Shown: positions 1 through 11,359 of the stretch, in pieces
Layout: each line of letters opens with the position of its first letter
Position numbering within the stretch: position 1 is the first letter of the stretch
Assembly: GCF_036971445.1 (NCBI RefSeq)
Contig: NC_091469.1
Span: 460,598,001-460,662,000, forward strand
Direction: 5' to 3'
DNA: 64,000 bases
Origin: Narcine bancroftii
Lineage: Eukaryota
Position numbers and translations under genes: made by a program
The notes under the pieces: generated by a model
The model's input: only the letters and a program-made list of their open reading frames with translations
Databases searched by the model: none
Told to the model about the DNA's origin: nothing

Positions 1-834
1 ATAATTAATAAAAGCATTCAGATTCTTCAAACTGCCCTTCTTGCACTAATCATGGACAACTCTGATAGCACAAAAGGATTGTCTGCATTATTACAAGTCA
101 CTTTTTTGCCACTCAGATTTTTGTGAATATCAAGGAATATTCCTTGTCTTTTTTAAAAATTCAATTAAGTTATAGGTACCAGTTTGGCTGCTGGAAGAAC
201 AGTGGTGCAGATAAACACTGTATAATGTCTACTATAACAAACACATTATCATTAACATTTTTGCATTGCACATTACATTGAGAAACAAAAACGTGGCTTC
301 ATATCCAAGATGTTATTATTCAAAGTTTACTGTTTCAAAATTCTTCCTTTTACACAAGTCACAACAGCTTTGACATGTTCTCCATCAATGCATTTCTTTG
401 AAATATCCGGAAAAGTGTTTAATAGGCCAATCGATGCGAGACTTCCCTGATAACAAGACAGTAAATTATTTTTTTGCAAACAAACATCATTATTGGAATG
501 CAGAGTTATGTCTGATGTAAAAGTACTATTGAGATAGCTGCCGACTTATTTCCTGTTTGGTGATTGGGTTATTAAAGTCTATATGCAGGATATCCCAGTT
601 TAAACTTGAAAGTTTATTTACAGTGGGTTCCTGCCCAAGGTGTGCTCAAAGACAAAACACAATATCAGGAGAATGATCAAAGTGACTTCCAAGCAGCGAT
701 CGATGCTGCTGCCCTCAAGAATATCATTTGTTTTTGATTTCCAAGCGCAAAATGTGTATATGTTACCACACAGAGTGATGTACAGGAATAATAGGTTTCT
801 GCTTTCTGCTTACTTTAATTGGAATTTAAATATA

Positions 835-1050
835 AATTTAGTCATATAGCATGATAACAGACCCTTCTGGCCCACAAGCCCATGCTGCCCAATTACATCC
901 AATTGACTTGCAACCCCATGTGTTTTGAAGGGTTGGAGGAAACTGGAGCACAGGGAGATCGTTCAAACTCCTTACAGATAGCACTGGATTCTAAACCCTG
1001 TCGCCGGCACTGTATTAGCATTGCGCTAACCGCTATGCTAACACTACCAC
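835..1050 (-). mobile_element. tRNA-derived SINE (HE1/V-SINE-like)
   Basis: Minus strand reads GTTAGCATAGCGGTTAGCGCAATGC...GAATCCAGTGCTATCTGTAAGGAGTTTGAACG (A/B-box-like head plus central core). Homologous to copies at ~9.1, 19.5, 36.1, 58.7, 59.2 and 62.7 kb. Confidence 0.75.
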
Positions 1051-1184
1051 TTTAACAGGGCTCGCAAAACAGAGGTATAGGTTTAAAATAGTTGGTTGAA
1101 GCATTGGAGAAGAGATGAGGAAACCCTTTTACAACTTATGAATGATGCGGTTTTGGAACTCACTGCCAGAAAGGGGGTGGAGGC

Positions 1185-1507
1185 TGTGACAGATTATGTT
1201 GTATTCTATATTGTTTTAAAGGAGATCAATTGTGGCAGGTTTTTAGAGCAGGTGACATACAAACACTTCAGAACAGATCTCATTTAAAATACTGGAGCTC
1301 TGCTCAAGCCAGACAGGCCCAGCTCCAAGCACCTTTGCAAAAACTTTGAAGAGTGCCCAAAAGACTTCACTAATGGATTGTTGTTTTGAAAAGCAACAGA
1401 TGAAAGAATTCGGAGGAGTAGATCGGAGCCGCAGGTTGTCCCGAGTGGAACTTACTGTTCTAAGAAGGTTACGTGGTTTTGCAAGCAGAGAGTCAAAAAG
1501 GCTTTTC

Positions 1508-1544
<37 letters not shown>

Positions 1545-2232
1545 AGTTTTGCAGTGCTACATCAGCAGCAGCAGCTGGTACTGGAATAGGACAAGCTGGC
1601 AAGCTTGTGGAAAAAACCCATTTTGAAGAAGGGTTGTGAGTTCTTAGTTCAACCTGGTCAAACCCTTTATGGTCCATACAAGAGGAGAGGACTTGCGGCC
1701 TAATGTTTCACTTGAAATAAGGGAAACAAAAAGGAAGTCTGTGGTGACCTGAAAGAAAAAGGTTGTCATCTGGAACACCCTGATGGGGCAAGTTTCTTCG
1801 GCAAGACACTGACGTGGCTGATAAGAAGAAATCAGTTTGTGTCCAGTGAACAACAAATATCTCTCTGAAAACTGACAAGAACCTTCCTGAGTGGTAACCA
1901 TTTATCTTTCAAGCACCAAAGCCTGGAGAACTTTATAAATATTAAATTCTGTGCACAGTATAAGAATTGCCTGCAACTAGTAAACTTGGAGGAGTGAGAA
2001 GTGAGATTGGACTGTGAATCAAAGAACTTTTCTAAAATTGCACACACACATTAAACAACGTGCACTTAGAATTAGAAGGGGTTTAAGTTAGGTTAAGTAA
2101 GTTAATAGTAATAAGATAATTGATCCTGTTTTCATGTTTAAAGAAAATTAAAAACAACTTTTGTTTAAGTAACCATTTGTCTTGATGAATTTCTGTTGCT
2201 GCTCAGTTTTGGGGTCCTCTGGGCTTGTAACA
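1185..2232 (+). mobile_element. Solo LTR (~1.05 kb) inserted in a CR1 3' fragment
   Basis: Termini TGTGACA...TGTAACA; 4-bp TSD AGGC/AGAC (1 mismatch); flanks rejoin into a typical CR1 3' sequence (GGTGGAGGC|AGAAATC). Confidence 0.75.
1511..1542. repeat. (GA)16 microsatellite inside the solo LTR
   Basis: Read directly from the sequence. Confidence 0.95.
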
Positions 2233-2394
2233 AGACAGAAATCTTCACTGCATTTAAAGAATACCTGGACATATTTTTGAAGTGCTATGACCAAGAGTTG
2301 CAAACCATTGCTGGAAAGTGGGAACATTTTCTGATCAGTGTCGATATCGTGGAGAAAGAGCCTCTTTCTTTGTTGCAAATTTGTCACGATTCTA

Positions 2395-2915
2395 TGAAAG
2401 TCTGCAGATGCTGTGATTGTAGTAAAAAACACAGAAATGCTGGAGGATCTCTGCAGGTCCCTTATCATCCATAGGAGGTAAAGATATATAACTGACTTTC
2501 AAGCCTGAGCCCTTAATCAAGGTATGTGGGTATACATGTGTGGTGATACATGTTTCCTCCATTATATATAATTATGATTGACTACTGTATCTATGAAGCT
2601 GGCCCTCCCACTGATGACTCATACCCTATAACTCATCCCCTGTGGTCCTGGACCATAAAGGTTGAGCCATCTCTCCCTTCCCGCCATTCCTACACCTGGA
2701 TCTGGGCCAGCAAGGTTCTTCTGTACATTAAAGCCTATCGTTCCCTCTGCCTAATATTTGTGTTTACTAGTAGTGCACTACAACATGAAAATTTAACATA
2801 GAAGTAACTGTCAGAGATATTTTCATGAAGGGTTCAGACCCAAAATGCTGTTTTTTTTAAATCTTTGCCTCCTGTGGATGCTGCGAGACGTGCTGAATTC
2901 CTCCTGTGTTTTTAT
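2395..2915. mobile_element. Penelope-derived terminal repeats in inverted arrangement, interrupted by a solo LTR
   Basis: 2395-2525 (AAAGTCTGCAGATGCTG...GCCTGAGCCCTT) is mirrored by 2820-2915 (ATGAAGGGTTCAGACCC...GCTGAATTCCTCC). The same motif adjoins Penelope GIY-YIG sequence at 32.6 kb. Confidence 0.6.
2539..2782 (+). mobile_element. Solo LTR (244 bp), short Gypsy type
   Basis: TGTGGTG...CACTACA termini; perfect 5-bp TSD ACATG (2534-2538, 2783-2787); ATTAAAGCC poly(A)-signal context as in the LTRs at 20282 and 44250. Confidence 0.85.
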
Positions 2916-3189
2916 TGTCAGGATTCGATCATTTCTTCCCAATTTTAAAAATCCTCCTGTCACGTGTTTCAATGTTAAATTTTCAAGTGTAATAAAGAAC
3001 TTTATTATCTATCAATAACCTTGGAAAAAAGGCAGACAACGTACATTGATAGTCCTGCCAATTAGGTCATCAAATTTTTAGCTTTGAATACCAGGGCAAT
3101 CTCCACTCTTCTTCAACTAGTTCCATGGGAGGGTTAATATCCACCATTAAGAAGAATGAGTGCAGGGGCAGGGAGGTTGTGACACAACT

Positions 3190-3630
3190 GTTGGTGAAAC
3201 AGCTCTTGGAGAATTGCGCTCAGTTTTGGTCTCTAAGCTGTAGGAAAGATTGAAGCCTGGACTGGAGGGCTTGAAATATAAAGGAGAAGCTTCTTCGGCT
3301 TGGACTGTTCTCCCTTCATTGAAGGATGCTAATGGGGCAAATAATAAAGTTTAGTAAAATCATCAGGGCCATATTTATGGCCACAGCCTTTTTCCCCAGA
3401 GTGGATGAATCTAAAACCAGAGGTTTAGGTTGAAGGGAAGATTTAAAAAAGGATTAAGGGGCATCTTTCACAGACAGAGGATGGGGAACATACTGCCAAG
3501 GAAAGTGATGTTGGTGAGGACAATTCTTACATTCAACAGACATTGAGAGAGATATGGGTAAAGCACAGGCAAATGGAATGAGCTTAGTTGGCATAGATAA
3601 GATGTCCTGAAGGGCCTGATTACAGGGATG
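3190..3630 (+). mobile_element. Old CR1 LINE 3' fragment
   Basis: Degenerate match to the CR1 ORF2 C-terminus and 3' UTR seen elsewhere (CAGTTTTGGTCT...AGGAAAGAT; CTGAAGGGCCTG). Confidence 0.6.
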
Positions 3631-3724
3631 GGATTGGTGTGAAGAAAGGAGGGCAGCCCTCATGCCTATAGGATTGTACTCCCCCCACCCTTCCCCTCTC
3701 CCCACCATCTTATTCAGATGCCTC

Positions 3725-3760
3725 ATACATTGATGAAGGCCTCAGGCCTGAAATTTTGTT
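3725..3760 (+). ncRNA. Penelope-type minimal hammerhead ribozyme core (C3U variant, disrupted)
   Basis: TTGATGA-AGGCC-TCA-GGCCT-GAAA (3730-3753) matches the CUGANGA/stem II/GAAA layout with a perfect stem II. Confidence 0.45.
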
Positions 3761-4434
3761 AATCCAAGATTCTTTTTATTGCCATGTAATATTGCACAAA
3801 AGATTCAACATCAGCAGAAATTGCACAGTGGCCCTGAGGGTCAGAGAAAGACGAGCAAAAGAAAGTCCGTTCAGAGTCACTGAAGGTCCATGGATTTGCT
3901 CTCATAGTCTCTGCAGCCACGCGGACTTCAGTCCAAATCAACGGTAACACAAGTTCCAGATCCAAACTTCTGACACCATCGGAAAGCCCTCAGCACCCCT
4001 TCACATCTTGGTTCTGATATCTGGTACCCATTTAGTCAGTCTCAAGCCATTCTCCAGCAGTCAGCAGCCTGGTGAGTCCTTTGACACCAGCAGTCCACAG
4101 TCTGTGTGGGTTTCTCACCTTGAGTCACTGACAGCCCTTCAAGATTCACCACCTCTGTATTCTTCAGCCAGAGAGCCCCTCACTGGTCCACCACTGTGGT
4201 CACCATCTTGGAGGATTTTCTCCTTTGCCTCTCCTTCTCAACCGGGTGGGGGGGGGGGGGTGTGGGGTAGGTAGGGAGAGATCTTTCCTTTACTGGTACT
4301 CTGCACCAGTACGCTGCTTCCCTGGAGTCTGGCCACTGCCAAACACAGGCACCACTCTCTTGGGCCCAGACCCCACTGTCGCAGAATTTTAAAATAAAAC
4401 ACTGTCAATCCCTTTAACGGGCTGTTTACAGCCT
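3761..4434 (-). mobile_element. Non-coding ~0.7 kb retro-like element (related to 33395-34125)
   Basis: Shares TCTTTCTCTGAC...GCAATTTCTGCTGATG...AATCTTT and an ATAAA...ATCTTG tail with the 33.4-34.1 kb copy; splits a Penelope repeat. Confidence 0.5.
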
Positions 4435-4661
4435 GGTTATGTATCTTTATCTTTGCTACAAAGAACACTACTAAATTTCTCCAGCTTTTTTGCATAAACT
4501 ACATTCACAGCATTTGCAGAATTTTCTTGTTTATGTTTCCATGAACCTGAATGGGCAGGAAAGAGTTTTCTTAATTTTTCATGCAAAGAAACCCAACACT
4601 ATCTCAATTACTACTGTCTCACTGACATCTACTATGTGATGAAGTGCTTTGACATGTTGGT

Positions 4662-6150
4662 TATAGAAACATAGAAACATAGAAAATAGGTGTAGGAGTA
4701 GGCCATTTGGCCCTTCAAGTCTACACCACCATTCATTTTGATCATGGCTGATCATCTGCTCAGTACCCAGTACCTGCCTTCTACCCATACCCCCAATCAA
4801 CTTAGCCACAAGGGTCAAATCTACCTCCCTCTTAAATATAGATAAAGAACTGGCTTCAATTACTTCCTGTGGCAAAGAATTCCACAGATTCACCACTCTC
4901 TGAGCGAACATTTTTTTTTGCTCATCTCAGTCTGAAAAGACTTCCCCCTTATCTTTAAACTGTGACCCCTGTTTTTAGTTTTCCCCCACTTTCTGCATTT
5001 CGCCTGTCCAAACCCTTAAGAATTTTATACATTTCTATAAGATCCCACCTCAATCTTCTAAACTCCAGTGACTATATGCCTAGTCGATCAGCCTTTCTTC
5101 ATGTGTAACTCCTGCCATCCCTGGTATCAATCTAATGAACCTTCTTAGCACAACTTCTATGGCAAGGATGTCTTTCCTCAGGTAAGGAGGCCAAAACTGT
5201 ACATAATACTTTAGATGTGGTCTCACCAAGGCCCTGTATGGCTGCTGTAGAACCTCTCTGTTCCTGTAGTCAAATCCTCTTGCTATAAATGCCAACATAC
5301 CATTTGCTTTCTTCACTGCCTGCTGTACCTGCATGCCCACTTTCAATGACTGGTACACAGTGACACCCAGGTCTCGTTGCATCTCTCCTTTTTCTAATTG
5401 GACACCATTGAGGTAATAATCTTCTTTCCTGTTCTTGCCTCCGAAATTGATAACCTCACATTTATCCACATTATATTGCATCTGCCATGCATTGGCCCAC
5501 TCACCTAACTTGTTCAAGTCACCCTGAATCCACCTAGCATCCTCTACACAGCTAACCCTGCCACCCAGCTTCGAGTCATCTGAAAACTTGGAGATGCTGT
5601 TTTCTATTCCCTCATCTAAGTCATTGATATATATCATAAATAATTGTACCCCACTCGTCATTGCCTGCCATTCTGAAAAGAACCCATTTATTCCTAATCT
5701 TTAGTTCCTGTCTGTCAACTAATTCTCTATCCACCTCAATACCATCCCTCCTATACCATGTGTTTTATGCGTGTACACTAAATCTTGTGTGGGACCTTAT
5801 CAAAAACCTTCTGAAAGTCCAGATATGACCACATCCACTGGTTCTCCCTTATCTACTCTACTAGTTACATCTTCAAAAAATTCTATTAGATTCGTAAGAC
5901 ATGATTTTCCCTTCATAAAACCATGTTGACTCTGTCCAATGATACCACTACTTTCCAAATTTACTGCAATTGCATCTTTAATAACTGACTCTATCATTTT
6001 CCCCACTGCTGATGTCAGGCTAACTGGGTCTATAGTTTCCCATTTTCTCTCTCCCTCCCTTCTTAAAAAGTTGGGTTATATTTGCATCCCTCCAATCCTC
6101 AGGAACTAATCCAGACTCAAAAGAATTATGGAATTAATCAACTCTTATCT
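4662..6150 (-). mobile_element. CR1 LINE, 5'-truncated, degenerate RT
   Basis: ORFs 5800-6006 (SQHGFMKGKSCLTNLIEFFE) and 5080-5661 (YINDLDEG...KFSDDSKL...LVRPHLKYYVQFW); (CTATGTTT)n tail at 4662-4685. Confidence 0.92.
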
Positions 6151-8070
6151 CAGGAAGGACTATTGTCACACAAGTCAACTGCAGATACCATCTTGCTGGT
6201 ACTCCACTCCCCATTAGATCACCTAGACCACAGGAACACCTATGCCTGGTTATTGACTACAGCTAGGCATTAAACATCATCATACCAGCAAGACACCTCA
6301 CCAAGATAACAGATCTGGGACTCTGTTCATCCCTCTGCAACTGGATCCTCTACTTCCTCATCTGTAAGCCCCAATCAATGCAGGTTAGCAACATAACCTC
6401 TTCACTGACCATCAACACTGGAGCACCCCAAGGGTGTGTATTAAGTCCCTACTCTATTCCCTGTACACCAATGTCAGTGTGGCCAAGTTCAGCTCCAACT
6501 CAATCCACAAATTCACTGACATGATGGTGAGAACAAGTTTGGAGCCAAGAAGTAATGGGTCCTGGACACGGTTTATTAACAAACATTGGTCTTAATTTAC
6601 AGGTGGGGAAATTGAAATAGGAATCATACTCAGATACATAGACATTGACACAACACAATTATCTGCTGGTTAATCACTGATAATCATATCTTGATACACC
6701 ATTGCTAATTGCAACTCCTGATTGTGAAATGAGGGTTAAACAAACAGTACGCACTTCCCACAGGCATGGTACACAAAGTAACTAAAATGTCTAAATCTGG
6801 TTACAACCTACAACTGGTGAGGCACTACAGACTTCCACAGGTGCATGCCACAAATAGCCCCCACCCTGTAATGGCATACACCTCACAATTGATTCTCTAG
6901 CATCGTGCACAGCTCACAACCTAGATCAGACCCTTCAGAGTTGGTCTTCCAAGGTCACCCATGGTCCACAATTTGGAATGGAGCTCAGGGATGCCTCAAG
7001 GGAACAAAGAGGGTGATCTGTCCCACATGTTGTACTTTATGCTGGAGCTGGCTAGAGGGGCAGCCCAGAGGCAACCACGTGACCATGAAGAACCAATTGC
7101 TTGGCAGTCTCACCAGCAAGTAAATCTAATCTTGATTGATATGAGGAAATGACTTTCAACCTGCCTTGTCAGATGACCCTCCAGGAGAAAGCATATTGAA
7201 GTTCCTGTGTTGGAGCCGTTTCTTGTCTGGCCTATTAGATAATCCTTCGGATAACACAGTGTTGGATGAATAACTGGAAATGATGAGTCGGAATACAGGA
7301 TGGTGATCGAGAATCTGGTTGGATAGGTCCAGAACAAAAATATTGCTCTCAACTTCACCAAGAACAAGGAGCTTGTATTTGATTCTGGGACAGAAAGGCC
7401 GAGGGACAACACACCTGTCTGCATTGATGGGATGGAGGTGGAGCAGGTCAGAACCTTCAAGTTCCCTGTGAGTCCATATTGCAGAAGACCTTTTATAGAC
7501 CCAGCATGTTGGGGAAACTGATGAAGACACACCAATGCCTCTGCTTGCCAAGGAGTCTGAGGAGATTTGGTTGAATACCTATCAAACTTCTACAGGTTCA
7601 ATGTGGAATGTTGCATCACTGCCTGCTTTGGAAATTCAAGAGCCCATTCAGAAGGCCATAGAAGGTAACAAACATTGCCAGGTCCATCACAGGCTTCAAA
7701 CTCCCATTTAATTAAGACATCTATGTGAGGCAGTACATCAAGAAGGGAGCCAAAATCCCTGTCACCCTGGTCACAATCTCTTCTCCCTTCTCACACAGAA
7801 GGTACAGAAGCCTGAAAACCAGCACCTCTAGGTTCAAGAACAGTTTCTTTCAAGCAGCTGTAAGATACTTCAAACCTTGCCTTGATATGCTAATTATGGC
7901 TGTCTGCACTGTTGCATGTCCTTTTTCTTGGCCTAAGTTCACTGTGAATATTTATTACCTATCTTATGTATTTATGTATCAATTGTTTATTATTAGTTTT
8001 TTTTGATGAGTACCTGTTCAGCTGAAGCCAGTAAAAGTTTTAGTATAATGCATATGACAATAAAGTCATT
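6150..8070 (+). mobile_element. Rex-Babar LINE, degenerate, interrupted at ~6521-7249
   Basis: Reads GAPQGCVLSP...KFTD[insert]DNT; later TSRFKNSFF; ends GACAATAAAG. Confidence 0.8.
6521..7249 (-). mobile_element. LTR-like insertion splitting the Rex RT catalytic (FADD) codons
   Basis: Rex sequence stops at AAATTCACTGAC and resumes at GATAACACAG; minus-strand AATAAA near the left end; clean termini and TSD not found. Confidence 0.45.
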
Positions 8071-8279
8071 ATCAAGAGCCAACAATGAGCAATGCATCTA
8101 TCTTCCTTCATAAACAATATATTTAAACATCACAGAAAGATTCAGCATGCACTGAAGTCATTCCATCAATCTTGCCTGTGCTTGTACTTTAGATACATTT
8201 TGCTGTTCTTCTGACACACTAATGTTTCCCTATATTGCAGTATGCTTCTGCTGGACATATATTTTTCCAAAGTCCCTGT

Positions 8280-9065
8280 TGCAGAGGAGCTGATTGTTGA
8301 CTTCAGGAAGGGAAAACCAGGGTGTACAGTGATCATTGGGGAATCAGAGATGGAGAGCGTGAGCAAATTTAAGCTCTTGGGAATCATTATCTTGGAAGAT
8401 ATTTTTTGGACTCAACACTCTAATGGCATAATGAAGAAAGCACATTAGTTCCTCCATTTCCTCAGGAGTTTGCAGAGATTTGGTATGACATTGGAAACCC
8501 TGGCAAATTTCTATGGAGATATGGTGGAAAGTGTGTTGACCGGCCCCATCATGGTCTGGTATGGGGTCACCAATACCCCTGAAGCATAAAGCCCTCCAAA
8601 TGGGAGTGGACGCAGTCCAGGACATCACAGGCAAATCCCTCCCCACTACTGAGTACATCTACAGGGAATGATGCCATCGGAGGACAGCAGCAATCATCAA
8701 ACAGCCACACCACCAAGCATATGCTCTGTTCTCGCTGCTGCCATCAGGAAAGAGGTATAGGTGGCACCAGACTCACGCCATCAGATTCTGGAACTGCTGC
8801 TACCCCTCCACCATCAGACTCCTCAACAACAAACTCAATCACAGACTCATTTAAGGACTCTTACTTGTGCACTTTATTGATTTTTGTTTTCTCTGCACAG
8901 ACATTTTGTTTATGTTTCTTTATTTCTTTACATGTGCACGTTGAGAACAGTTTTTTTTTTAAACTACCAATAAGTGGTAATTCTGCTTTGCCAGAAGGTA
9001 AAAGAATCTCAGGGGTGCATGTGTGGTGTCATGTATGTACTCTTGACAATAAATCTGAAATTCAT
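8280..9065 (+). mobile_element. Rex-Babar LINE 3' fragment
   Basis: ELIVDFRK...ESVSKFKLLGIII; LLPSGKRY-like segment; GACAATAAATCTG end. Confidence 0.8.
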
Positions 9066-9071
9066 TTCTAC

Positions 9072-9320
9072 AGGGCAGCACAATTAGTATAGCAGTTAAC
9101 ACAATGCCATTATAAGCATCAGATTCAAACCTGGCGCTGCCTGTATGGAGTTTGAACGTTCTGTCTCTGACTGCATGTGTTTCCTCCAGGCTTTCTGCTT
9201 TCCTTCCACTTTCAAAAACATATGAGATTTTAGGTTAATAGGGGTATTTTGGCAGCACACTCTCAGATGGGCCAGTTGCTGTGTTGTATGTTTAAATGTT
9301 AAAAAAAAATTAAAAAATTA
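9072..9320 (+). mobile_element. tRNA-derived SINE (HE1/V-SINE-like)
   Basis: TTAGTATAGCAGTTAAC...GATTCAAACC...GGAGTTTGAACGTTCT; AT-rich tail. Confidence 0.65.
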
Positions 9321-9519
9321 AATGTACTTCAGTCATATTCACTTGCAAGATTAATAGAAACATAAAACTTTACAGCACAGAACAGAAACAGACCTTTTGG
9401 CAATTTAGCATGTCAAGTACTTTCTGGCTATTATTCTGCCGAGTCCCACTGACCTGCACTATGTTCACATCTCTCCTTACCCCCTCTGTCCAAATATTTT
9501 CTTCAGTATTCACAAAAGG

Positions 9520-9835
9520 ACCTGGATCACGATGAGGTCAGAATAGAACAGGCCTGTGTGCTGGACAATGTTGAGGTTAAGGAAGAGGAAGTGTCCGAAA
9601 CAAAGATTAATAAGTCCCCAGGGCCGGATGCGACACATCCCAGGTTGCTGTGGGAAGTGAGGGAAGAGATAGCTGGGGCAGTGTCTATAAACGTTAAGTC
9701 CTCTTTTGCCACAGGAGGATTGGAGAATGGCAAAAAAAAGGTAATAGGGAGAATCCTGGGAATTATAGACCAGTGAGTCTCACGTCAGAAGTGTGCAAAT
9801 TATTGGAGAGGATTCTTGTATAGGATCTATGAGCT
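9520..9835 (+). mobile_element. CR1 LINE ORF2 fragment (pre-RT)
   Basis: KINKSPGPDATHPRLLWEVREEIAG and NYRPVSLTS motifs. Confidence 0.8.
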
Positions 9836-10216
9836 TGACAGGTTTTGGCAGCAGACAAAGCAATGTAGAGTTTTGTCTCCTGGTAAAATGATTAATGATT
9901 TTAATAGTTTTCTTCACCATTCAGAAAAAAAAAGTTTAGTTTAGTTTAATTTAGAAATACAGCAAAAATACGGTTTCTTCTGCCCCACAAGCCCATGTCA
10001 CCCACTCATATATCTAAGTAACCAATTCATCCTTTGTGACTTTGGAACATTAAATCAATTAAAATTGAATTAACTATTCAAAGAAAAAAATGTTTTCACA
10101 ATTATAGTTAATTAAAACACACAATACACTTCAAAATAATTAAAAAAAAAAAGAATTAAACTAAAATGTTTGTTTTAAATATCACCTACTCAATATACAG
10201 TCTACAGAAAGAGAGT

Positions 10217-10710
10217 CAACATGGCTTTGGGAAAGAAAGGTCATTCCTCATGGGTTTGGGAAGGAAAGGTCATTCCTCAACATGGCTTTGGGAAGGAAAG
10301 GTCATTCCTCAACATGGCTTTGGGAAGGAAAGGCCATTCCTCATGGCTTTGGGAAGGAAAGGTCATTCCTCAACATGGCTTTGGGAAGGAAAGGCCATTC
10401 CTCATGGCTTTGGGAAGGAAAGGTCATTCCTCATGGCTTTGGGAAGGAAAGGTCATTCCTCAACATGGCTTTGGGAAGGAAAGGTCATTCCTCAACATGG
10501 CTTTGGGAAGTAAAGGCCATTCCTCAACATGGCTTTGGAAAGGAAAGGTCATTCCTCAACATGGCTTTGGGAAGGAAAGGCCATTCCTCATGGCTTTGGG
10601 AAGGAAAGGTCATTCCTCAACATGGCTTTGGGAAGGAAAGGCCATTCCTCATGGCTTTGGGAAGGAAAGGTCATTCCTCAACATGGCTTTGGGAAGGAAA
10701 GGTCATTCCT
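10217..10710. repeat. Minisatellite, 16 units of 32/29 bp, (CAA)CATGGCTTTGGGAAGGAAAGGYCATTCCT
   Basis: Parsed unit by unit: ten 32-bp and six 29-bp units, no spacers. The unit corresponds to the CR1 RT 'QHGFxKxRS' codons. Confidence 0.95.
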
Positions 10711-11359
10711 CATGAGCCTGAGATATTTTTTGAGAAGGTAACAGAAGAAATTGCTGAGGGTCGGACAGTAGATTTGGTCTATATGGATTTTAATAAGGCA
10801 TTCACCAAGGTCCCCGTGAGAGACTTTTTGAGAAAGTTATGAGGCATAGGATCCATGGAACCTTGGCTGTGTGGATAAAAAAAAAATACTTGCATGTAGA
10901 AAGGAGAAAGTAGTAGTGAAAGGAAAGTATTCTGCTTGGAGATCAGAGACTAATGGAGGAATGCATGGATCTGTTCTGAGACCCCTGCTCTATGTGATCT
11001 TAATAAATAACCTGGATGAAGAGGCAGAAGTTTGCGAATGATACGAAGGTGGGAAGAGTGGTGGATGATGCTGAAGATTGTCGTAGGTGACAAAAGGATA
11101 TAGACAGGACACAGAGTTGGGCAGAAAAGTGGTAGATGGAGTTCAGTCCAGATAAGTGTGAGGTGATAGGTTTTGGAAGGACAAACCAGAAGGCTGTGTA
11201 CAGAGTTAATGGTCACTTATTTAGGAGTGTGGATGACCAGAGGGACCTTGGGGTCCAAATCCATATATCCCTCAAGGTCGCCACGTAGGTGGTAGGATAT
11301 TTAAAAAGAAATATGTTGGGCTTCATTAATGGGAGACTGAGTTCAAGAGTCAAGAGGCC

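Noticed and set aside
10217-10710. CRISPR array, or repeat-protein ORFs (10166-10842)
   Set aside because: Units are head-to-tail with no unique spacers, there are no cas genes, and the context is eukaryotic. The ORFs exist only because the unit lacks stops.
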